Assembly (NCBI RefSeq): GCF_964204645.1
Contig: NC_134031.1
Coordinates: 8,928,001-8,992,000, forward strand
Direction: 5' to 3'
From: Tubulanus polymorphus
Taxonomy: Eukaryota; Animalia; Nemertea
DNA length: 64,000 nt
Part shown: piece by piece, positions 12,151-20,105 of the stretch
How positions within the stretch are numbered: the first letter of the stretch is position 1
Layout: the number at the start of each line of letters is the position of its first letter
The notes under the pieces: model-generated
The model's input: the letters and a program-made list of their open reading frames with translations, nothing else
Database searches by the model: none
Told to the model about the DNA's origin: nothing
Program-made: the position numbers and the translations under genes

Positions 12151-14460
12151 TGTAACAAAATTTCATTTCTCAAGACAGATACCTCAATCCCCTTGGTTAT
12201 CAGCGACCGTGCAGAAGATACATTTCCCCTTACCTCAACTCCGGCGATAACCCGCGGCTCCTTAGTCCCGAAATTGTTCCCGGTGGTAAATAGTACCGCC
12301 GCTGTATTTATCTCGCCTTTTACACACTAAATAATTATCGAAAGTCATCATGTACGATACCGTTTGAAAGAGGATTATAAAGTCTTGACTCGGTGAAAGC
12401 ATCTACTAATGTCATCGTTTTTTTAGGCGACACGAGTTGTAGTTTGGTAGATGAACCGATTTCGCCGGTTTGTTTACTTCCGGTCCGGCCACATGATCCG
12501 CTCGATAAGCGGGAGAGTTAAAGTTTCTACGATGACGTCTTGTTACTGTCACCATAACATATCACCTTAGTATTTAGTCACATAAATTAAGTTCTTAGAT
12601 AATTATCATTATTACAAATCTAGAAGATGATTTCGGCACCTTCGTGCCTTAAAGCTTATGAGTATTCGACGGTTAAACCTGCGATCTCGAACGCGGTCAC
12701 GCATGACGACAGCCTTTCGGGACCTCACTTGTCTTTACGACCGAACTATCTGACACGAATTTCATATCATCGGAAAGTACAAGTTCCAACCTTTTTAATG
12801 GTATATTACTTCGATAAGAAGACAACGTAGTTCAGCAGCAAAGCGGCTCGGAAGAATCCTAGGAAGCACATCCGACGGGGCGGCCATTGTTGAGCGACCA
12901 GTGAAGCGACGCGGAGTGAAGATGCAACACATCGGAGTCGGCAATATCAGAATATAAGGCGCGCAGTTTTTCTCTTTCAGTTAGTTACTCGGAGAACGTC
13001 TTTAAGATGTAAGTCGGTCCGGGACAGCGCCGCTTGGCGGCGTTTCGGGTCTTGTACCCGTTCGTCTCTGTTCCTTCTTTCTGAGTTAGAAATTAAGGGC
13101 CTTAGGCCCACAGAATCCCCCTTACTGTAAATACGTTACTAGTCTTGAGTATTACTCTTTGTTAAGCATTAAGCTACGGCAAAATCATAGTACGATTTCC
13201 TCACCTATGGCCATAAGCCATTGGGCATTACGTTTACCGTCCATACTTATGTATTATTGACGGGCCCTGTGTTTCTCGTTTGTCCTTAGGATCGTTGAAC
13301 TATATATAATCCGTCAATACTTATGTATTAGGTATGGATTCTTGATACCAGGCCTTGGGTTCTTGCGTTTCTCCCCGTTTATACTTAAGTATATAGAGAC
13401 GGGTTTGACCATTACTTGTGCTTATAGCTTTATCAAACTATTATTCTGCCTTCATGTATGTGTGATATAGGTCCTTAAGACCAGCTTTCAAGCTGCGTAT
13501 CTTTAAGTTTCAATAAATTTTATATAGGTATAATGTTCGCGGTCTATATGTTCGTTGTATAAGTTTGAAGCGTAACAGCATGTGTCAATCGCATTATCTT
13601 TTCCCTTTGTAAGTATGTAAGCATTTGTGGAGTATGAACCTGTCTTGTATTTGAGCATGACGTATGTCGGTTTCTGATAGACGAATAAAAGCTGCTGTCG
13701 CAGCACGTAATGGTATTAACGATTTAGTAATAGATGTTGGGTAGTAAAACCGTGGAGTTGGTCGGAGCGTCCATGGTCTGTATAGAGGCTTACTCTCGGA
13801 AATGGTAGAGTCCAGCGGAACGTAGTGCAATCCCGTTCGGGTGACGGGCGGTTTCTGTTTATTCCGCTATCCAATTTAGGCTCAAGCGAGGAAATTCCAC
13901 GTCGGGGGTGGGTGACGTGGTGTGTGATACGGTCGATTCGGGTTCATGTATAACTACGAGGTCGTATGTTATTGGGTGAACAGAAGGGTGCGCATCGCTA
14001 TCTGTAGGTTCTAACATAGGGTTGGGCCCGATCCTTAGTTCCCGGAGGATAGTTTTCGAATCGACCCAGTCGTTACGTTCCTGGATCTATCAGCAATCTA
14101 CACCCGGGGTTGCGGGAATTGCTTACTCGTGTGCTAGGTCGAGTTAAGCCTGAGAGTCATTTATTATTCTACACACAAACATAACTTCCTGTGGTGGTCG
14201 TAGACCCCTTCATAAACATCTTTCCCGTTGTTTACGTGACACAGGCGGACCCTTTGTAGCGGCGCCATTTTACATACATCTATTACATAAGTACACATTT
14301 ACATATATACACTCTGAGGACATATAAGAGGATCACGCTACCGCTATGATCGACTCTGGTGCGAGTGAGTGCACACACTCGCCCGGTGAGTATTTTCAGG
14401 TACTATGTGGATGAAGAAACATGCTAAATTCTTAATGTATTCTAACTACGAAACGCTACA
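12151..14460 (+). repeat. 5' LTR (2310 bp)
   Basis: TG...CA termini, followed after 4 nt by the PBS. About 7 differences from the 3' LTR seen by eye. Confidence 0.96.
12953..13014 (+). promoter_or_regulatory. Putative LTR core promoter (TATA plus Inr), short exon 1 and major splice donor
   Basis: TATAAG at 12953-12958; TCAGTT and TTAGTT initiator-like motifs at 12977-12986, 26-30 nt downstream; AAGAT|GTAAGT with a perfect donor at 13009-13014. Duplicated in the 3' LTR (20908-20969). Confidence 0.65.
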
Positions 14461-14464
14461 AAAT

Positions 14465-14482
14465 TGGTGGCAGCGGTGGGAT
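14465..14482 (+). promoter_or_regulatory. Primer binding site complementary to the tRNA-Leu 3' end
   Basis: TGGTGGCAGCGGTGGGAT is the reverse complement of ...ATCCCACCGCTGCCA-CCA, the 3' end of animal tRNA-Leu(AAG/TAG). It lies directly after the 5' LTR. Confidence 0.92.
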
Positions 14483-14666
14483 AATAAATGTGCCATCTAC
14501 ATCAGAACTACCAGTGTTGTAAATGGTCATGCTCAGTACGTTTAGGTTACTCATGCTTACATACTCCTTTTATCGTTTACAGTCCCTTCCCTAAGGTAGT
14601 GAGTCTGTCATTCCTTTGCATTATCTAATGGTTTGATTTTTCTTGTATCAGAATTCCGTTGCTGTG

Positions 14667-15749
14667 ATGGCTAGTGAAGCGTCTAAACGTCCTAATACGC
14701 GAGGTCTGAAGAGGACACCGGCAGTGTCCCGAAGTAGAAGTCACGATGCTGCAATGCGTGACGGCGAACTTTCTCTACCCGGCGATAGCCTTGGGGTCGG
14801 CAGTACCGACCGTGGTCGGAGCAATAATAGTCCCCTGTCCGTGCATTTTGATACCGGGGATAATACGAATATCCCGGTATCATTCCCTTTGCAGTCCCCC
14901 TTGCATTCTTTCCCTTCTAATAGCGACGGTGGAGATAATGCCTCTACGTCGTTTAGTCGGCAGGATCGTGATTCTTTCTCTCTTGGTCGGCCTCAGTTCC
15001 GTGCGGTAGAGCCCGAGTCATATTCTGGTGAAGGTGTATGGGAGGACTACCTCCAGGTTTTCATTACCGCATCCGAGGTGAATCAATGGAACGATTCTAT
15101 GAAGGCGGCTATGCTTTTCACTCATCTTAAGGGCGCGGCTCGTCAGCTGGCTTGTTCCTTACCTTTCTCCGACCAGAGGGATTTTTCGCGTCTTGTACAG
15201 GCTTTGCATAACAGATTCGGAGCTAGCAATCAATCGGAGCTCTATCTGGCTGAAATACGTAATCGTAAACGTCGTAGGAACGAGTCCCTTCGTGAGCTCG
15301 GCCAGGCACTTATAACCCTTTCTAACCGTGCATATCCAGGTATGGATATGTTGCAACGTGACCGACTTTTGCGGACACACTTTCTTGATGCATTGGATGA
15401 TAGTGATCTTAGAATGAAGCTCTTCATGAGCAAATGTCAGTCCTTAGATGAGCTCATTATTCTTGCAGTGGAGCTTGAGGGATATGCTAAGTTGGAGCAA
15501 GAACGATTAACTGGGGGAAGGGTATTTGTTAAGAACGTAACCGGCAGGGAAAATGAGTCTACGGAGTTAGACCAGCTACGGGGGCAAGTAGCTGATTTGA
15601 CCAAGGCTGTATCCAAGCTTTCCATACCCAATGCTGGACCTCGTGATCTTTCTACCGTTCGTTGTTTTAATTGCGATCGGATGGGCCATTTCAGACGTAA
15701 TTGTCCTGATAGGTCGGGAAACTTCCGTCAGCGGGTCAAGCGGGAGTAA
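14667..15749 (+). CDS. gag: Gag polyprotein (360 aa)
   Basis: First ATG in strong context (GTGATGG) at 14667; retrotransposon capsid-like core (WEDYLQVF...NQWND...LKGAA); zinc knuckle CFNCDRMGHFRRNC. Confidence 0.95.
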   Translation: MASEASKRPNTRGLKRTPAVSRSRSHDAAMRDGELSLPGDSLGVGSTDRGRSNNSPLSVHFDTGDNTNIPVSFPLQSPLHSFPSNSDGGDNASTSFSRQDRDSFSLGRPQFRAVEPESYSGEGVWEDYLQVFITASEVNQWNDSMKAAMLFTHLKGAARQLACSLPFSDQRDFSRLVQALHNRFGASNQSELYLAEIRNRKRRRNESLRELGQALITLSNRAYPGMDMLQRDRLLRTHFLDALDDSDLRMKLFMSKCQSLDELIILAVELEGYAKLEQERLTGGRVFVKNVTGRENESTELDQLRGQVADLTKAVSKLSIPNAGPRDLSTVRCFNCDRMGHFRRNCPDRSGNFRQRVKRE

Positions 15750-15763
15750 GCCCTGCTGCTGAC
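15716..15763 (+). promoter_or_regulatory. -1 programmed ribosomal frameshift signal (gag to pol)
   Basis: Slippery heptamer G GGA AAC (15716-15722) in the gag frame. The -1 frame is open into the protease. Downstream stem GTCAGC/GCTGAC with inner AGCGGG/CCTGCT (15727-15763). Confidence 0.85.
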
Positions 15764-16249
15764 TTATCTCCCACTACACAAATGCACGAGACAGAGAAAC
15801 CCATAGTAAAAGATTCTTTGAGACTTCCTATAATAGTCGAAGGTGTTAAACTCAATTGCCTTGTGGACACTGGAGCATCAGTGTCTATCCTAAATCATAA
15901 CTGCTATTACCGGCTGGGTGAACATACGTCTTCGCCCCCCTTGTCGGATACTTCATTAAACCTCCTAACAGCTAATAAAACTCCCATTCGCTCGTTAGGC
16001 CACACGAATGTTGAAGTAAAGCTGTTCCAAAAACCTGTACATTGGAAATTCGTGGTCGCAGATATCAGTGAAGATGTCATTTTAGGCATGGATTTCCTAT
16101 CCTTCTTTGACTGTCAGATCTTTCCTAAACGCCGGACCCTCATATGTGGCAATGAGCAACTTCATGCAAAATCTCCCAGTAACGGAGCTTGTCTCAATAT
16201 TGTTTCCTCTTGTCAGAGAGTAGTTATAGGCCCCCTTCGGAAGCGTTAA
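15716..16249 (+). CDS. pol: Pol N-terminal part: aspartic protease
   Basis: LVDTGASVSIL active site and ILGMDFL motif; reached by the -1 frameshift. Confidence 0.93.
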   Translation, partial: GKLPSAGQAGVSPAADLSPTTQMHETEKPIVKDSLRLPIIVEGVKLNCLVDTGASVSILNHNCYYRLGEHTSSPPLSDTSLNLLTANKTPIRSLGHTNVEVKLFQKPVHWKFVVADISEDVILGMDFLSFFDCQIFPKRRTLICGNEQLHAKSPSNGACLNIVSSCQRVVIGPLRKR

Positions 16250-19200
16250 TCGCGGGCGTGGCTATGGATATCGAAGCCTATAGCAAGTGGGCATTAGTCG
16301 AACCTCGCATTTCTAGTAATATCACTGACGGTCTGATGGTTGCCCGCTGCCTTGTGGATACCGAAACTCATGCAATTCCCGTTCGAGTGTTCAACTCAAC
16401 GGACCATCCAGTCACCGTCCCCCAGGGTTGTTCTATTGCTTCCATGGTCTCAATTGCGAGTCTCGATGACGCTCCGTCAGACGAAGACGTACCTGACTCT
16501 TCAGATTCGCATTCAGTTAATCATATCAATTGCAACACCCCTGATTACCTTACAGATCTAATTGAACGCAGTTCTGAAGGATTCAATGATAAAGACGCTG
16601 CGAAGATTCGCGAGTTGATTTCAAATTATTCGGACATATTCGTCCAATACGATATGGATCTTGGTACCGCTAAGGGTATAAAGCATACTATCGACGTTGG
16701 TAATGCTCGTCCCGTTAGACAGCGACCCCGTCGTCTGCCCCAGGTAAAACAAGACGAGGCTGATCGTCAAGTTAAAGAAATGCTCGAAAAAGGGGTCATA
16801 GAGCCATCCACCAGTCCTTGGGCAAGTCCCGTCGTCTTAGTTACCAAGAAAGACGGCAGTACCCGTTTCTGTATAGATTACCGAAGATTAAATGAAGTCA
16901 CGCTAAAAGACGCGTATCCCCTTCCTCGCATTGACGATTCTCTGAGATCCCTCCACGGTGCCAAGTATTTCTGTGTTATGGATTTAGCTAGTGGTTATTG
17001 GCAGGTCGAGCTCGACGAAGATGCGAAGGAAAAATCGGCGTTCGTGATGAGAAATGGCTTGTATCAGTTTAAGAAAATGCCTTTCGGCCTATGTAACGCA
17101 AGCGCCACGTTCGAACGCCTTATGGAGAACGTCCTATCCTCGTTGCAATACGAAATCTGTCTGGTTTATCTAGACGACGTGATAGTTTTTGGCTCGTCCC
17201 TTGATGCCACGTTAGAAAACCTTGGACGGGTATTTGAGCGCTTCCGCTTGTCTGGGTTAAAGTTAAAGCCTAAGAAGTGTCATTTCTTTCGAGCGTCGGT
17301 CCAATACTTAGGCCATATCGTCTCCGAAGCTGGCGTTTCTTGCGATCCCGAAAAATTGAGAGCAGTGAGCGAGTGGCCTATTCCACGTACAGTCACAGGA
17401 GTCCGCTCTTTCATGGGTCTCGCATCGTATTACAGGTCTTTCTGTCCGAACTTTGCAGCCGTAGCTAAACCCCTCCATCGTCTCACCGAGAAGGGTAGAG
17501 AGTTCCTTTGGACTGCTGAGTGTCAACGAGCGTTTGAAACTTTGAAGTCGCTGCTCACTACATCCCCTGTACTAGCCTATCCTGATCTGAGAATTCCTTT
17601 TATCCTTGACACTGATGCAAGTGATACGGGCATCGGTGGTGTTCTTTCTCAGGTACACGCTGGTAGTGAAAGAGTCATAGCTTATGCCAGTCGTTCGTTG
17701 TCTAAAGAACAACGCAATTATTGCGTAACCAGGAGAGAATTATTAGCCGTTGTCACGTTTGTCAAATATTTTCGACATTATCTATGGGGTACTCGCTTTA
17801 CTTTGCGAACTGACCACGGATCCCTTAGGTGGCTTACCTCCTTTAAAGAACCCGAAGGCCAAGTAGCTCGGTGGATAGCCGTCCTTAGCACGTACGATTA
17901 TGAACTCCTTCACCGCCCCGGGCGAAACCACGGAAATGCCGACGCGTTATCACGTCAGAACTGTTCGCAGTGTCGTAGGATTGAGCATAAGAGTAGATCG
18001 CCCGCACCCTCTGACGATGTAGGCGTTAATACTATCGGCAGTGTCACTACCACGATAGGTTTCTCTCTACTTCCGCATTGGTCAAAAAAAGAGTTAGCGT
18101 CCGCTCAGCGCTGTGACCCGGAGTTCCGATGGATACTTCGCAAGTTGAAAGATAAGGTCCGCCCTACTCACGAAGAGTCTGCTTCTAAGGGCCCGTTTGA
18201 CCGTTTCTATTCTACCCGTTGGGAGAACCTCCGTTTCGTGGATGGTTTGCTTCACATCATTAAGCACAGGGAAGGTCTCTCCGATTCGACTATCCTACTT
18301 TTACCGAAGCAGTTTCGACAGGAGGTGCTCGAACATTTTCACGGCCACCTTGTTCGTGGGCACTTTGGCGTCAAGCGCACATTGACCGCAATACACGGCA
18401 GGTACTTTTGGTACGATATAAAGAGCGATGTCGCCGTTTGGTGCAGAAATTGTGAGTTGTGTCTCTCCCGGAAAAGTCCTACTCGGCCAAATCACGGTCC
18501 TCTACAGTCCTCGGTAGTTGGGTTCCCTATGCAAAAAGTTGCCATGGACATCGTTGGTAATTTCCCTAGAACTAGCCGTGGTAATATCGCCATACTTGTC
18601 GTAGCTGACTACTTCACTAAGTGGGTGGAGGCATATCCTATCGCCAACAAGGAAGCTGTCACGATAGCCGAAATTCTTACCCGTGAATTCTTCCCCCGTT
18701 TTGGAATACCTGATCAATTACATTCCGATCAGGGTAGCAACTTCTTGTCTAAAATCATGAAGGAGGTATGCGAACTCCTCCGCATAAGGCAAACCCGTAC
18801 TAGTCCTTATCACCCGCAATCCGACGGTCTCGTCGAGCCATTCCATCGCACATTAGTATCGGAGCTTTCTCTAGTAATTGAAGAAAGTCAAGATGATTGG
18901 GATCTGCAGCTTCCGTTCGTAACTATGGCTTATCGAGCCTCCAGGCACGATGCTACTGGTTTCACTCCTAACTTTCTTATGTTGGGTCGTGAGCTCCCTG
19001 CGCCTTTGGATCTTTTATCCGGAAGATCGTTGTCTCTTGCACAAGAACAAACTTCTTATGCCCGTGAACTCCGCGAGCGTATTTCCACCGCTTATGACCG
19101 CAATCGGAACTCCTTAGGTCGACGTATAGTCTTCATGAAAAACCAGTATGACAAAAAGGCTCGAGGACACCCTTTTCGTGTCGATCAGTTAGTTTGGTTA

Positions 19201-19482
19201 CATCAACCCGCCGTGCCTCTCGGTAAATCTCCGAAACTTTGGAAGCATTGGGTTGGTCCTTGTACTATCGTCCAAGTCCTTAATGGCGTAACTTATCGTA
19301 TCCGGTTGCCTAATGCCTCTGAGAAAGTGGTTCACTTCGATCGTCTCAAAATCCATCCTTGTCCGGATGAGGTCATTTCCCCTTCAGTCCCTCGTGCGAT
19401 TGACACTGCTAATCCTCATGTAGCAACGAAAACTCGTAGTGGAAGGGTCGTACACCGTCCCGTTCGATATTCGTGTACTTAA
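16189..19482 (+). CDS. pol: Pol: reverse transcriptase, RNase H, integrase (frame break relative to the protease near 16235)
   Basis: RT (WASPVVLV, RFCIDYRRLN, MPFGL, YLDD); RNase H (TDASDTGIG, ELLAVV, TDH, ADALSR); integrase (HH...CxxC, D-D-E core, GPCTI, C-terminal TRSGR). Confidence 0.97.
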   Translation: MSQYCFLLSESSYRPPSEALIAGVAMDIEAYSKWALVEPRISSNITDGLMVARCLVDTETHAIPVRVFNSTDHPVTVPQGCSIASMVSIASLDDAPSDEDVPDSSDSHSVNHINCNTPDYLTDLIERSSEGFNDKDAAKIRELISNYSDIFVQYDMDLGTAKGIKHTIDVGNARPVRQRPRRLPQVKQDEADRQVKEMLEKGVIEPSTSPWASPVVLVTKKDGSTRFCIDYRRLNEVTLKDAYPLPRIDDSLRSLHGAKYFCVMDLASGYWQVELDEDAKEKSAFVMRNGLYQFKKMPFGLCNASATFERLMENVLSSLQYEICLVYLDDVIVFGSSLDATLENLGRVFERFRLSGLKLKPKKCHFFRASVQYLGHIVSEAGVSCDPEKLRAVSEWPIPRTVTGVRSFMGLASYYRSFCPNFAAVAKPLHRLTEKGREFLWTAECQRAFETLKSLLTTSPVLAYPDLRIPFILDTDASDTGIGGVLSQVHAGSERVIAYASRSLSKEQRNYCVTRRELLAVVTFVKYFRHYLWGTRFTLRTDHGSLRWLTSFKEPEGQVARWIAVLSTYDYELLHRPGRNHGNADALSRQNCSQCRRIEHKSRSPAPSDDVGVNTIGSVTTTIGFSLLPHWSKKELASAQRCDPEFRWILRKLKDKVRPTHEESASKGPFDRFYSTRWENLRFVDGLLHIIKHREGLSDSTILLLPKQFRQEVLEHFHGHLVRGHFGVKRTLTAIHGRYFWYDIKSDVAVWCRNCELCLSRKSPTRPNHGPLQSSVVGFPMQKVAMDIVGNFPRTSRGNIAILVVADYFTKWVEAYPIANKEAVTIAEILTREFFPRFGIPDQLHSDQGSNFLSKIMKEVCELLRIRQTRTSPYHPQSDGLVEPFHRTLVSELSLVIEESQDDWDLQLPFVTMAYRASRHDATGFTPNFLMLGRELPAPLDLLSGRSLSLAQEQTSYARELRERISTAYDRNRNSLGRRIVFMKNQYDKKARGHPFRVDQLVWLHQPAVPLGKSPKLWKHWVGPCTIVQVLNGVTYRIRLPNASEKVVHFDRLKIHPCPDEVISPSVPRAIDTANPHVATKTRSGRVVHRPVRYSCT

Positions 19483-19510
19483 CTCTTAACCCTTTCTTTT
19501 GTCTTCGCAG

Positions 19511-19937
19511 GCCTACGTGTAAAGTATGTGAAGGGGTTTTCCCCGCCTCTGCTATCGAGTCACACATGATGAAGTACCATAATAGCTCGGCGATCGAGGC
19601 ACCCGTTAGAGCCACTCCCTCTACCAGTAAATTGGATCTCATCTTGTCACAGGTCACCGAGGCTGGAGCGGGAGGCGAACCAGCGCCGAAACTTATCACA
19701 GTAAAAAAACGGAAGCGGGTCCCCGTTTTACCTCCTCGTTTCCCGCCTAAAGAGCCAATCGTCCTTTCACCAAACGCAACGAGACGGGATGCTTCAACAC
19801 AGACGGACGCCCCCGCCAATAGAGAGTATGTGCTATTGCACGAACACCTGGGTGTGAAGTATCTCGGCTACGCCGGGGATGCGGTTGACTGTGCGCAATG
19901 CCGCGTATACCTCGCACAGAACAAACATTTGTTGTAA
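19511..19937 (+). CDS. ORF3: putative spliced accessory zinc-finger protein (142 aa if AT at 13007-13008 is joined to G at 19511)
   Basis: Open frame between the pol stop and the PPT with no ATG ahead of the finger. Preceded by branch point CTTAAC, a pyrimidine tract and CAG (19485-19510). Encodes CKVC-x11-H-x4-H, KKRKR, DASTQTD and HEH...CAQC. No signal peptide or TM helix. AATAAATAAA follows the stop. Confidence 0.75.
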
Positions 19938-20093
19938 CCAATAAATAAACGCTGAATTTGACAAAATAATAGTAATTCCTTATTCTTCTTCCGAGGTATT
20001 ATCCGTCTTCAACGTTCGACTCAATTTGGAAATCTGTTGATCACCTCCCCTTGAGAAAATTTTGTTGCTATATTGTTCGACCTTGTTCGGTCT

Positions 20094-20103
20094 GGCAGGG
20101 GGG
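20094..20103 (+). promoter_or_regulatory. Polypurine tract
   Basis: GGCAGGGGGG, 2 nt upstream of the 3' LTR. Confidence 0.85.
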
Positions 20104-20105
20104 TG

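Noticed and set aside
12966-12980. TTTTTCTCTTTCAG as a cis- or trans-splice acceptor in the LTR
   Set aside because: Its spacing from TATAAG fits an initiator better. Not excluded; 5' RACE would decide, and the AT|G model holds either way.
12148-13830. Short ORFs duplicated in both LTRs (60-78 aa)
   Set aside because: Identity merely reflects LTR identity; no recognisable protein features.
19473-19510. ORF-track N-terminus of ORF3 (MYLTLNPFFCLRR)
   Set aside because: Starts at GTG and simply translates the branch point and pyrimidine tract; the spliced ATG model explains it better.
19409-19819. 136-aa antisense ORF opposite ORF3
   Set aside because: Non-ATG start and no motifs; probably a shadow of a GC-richer coding strand.
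19473-19937. ORF3 as env or chromodomain
   Set aside because: Too short, with no signal peptide, furin site/fusion peptide or TM helix, and no chromodomain aromatic pattern.
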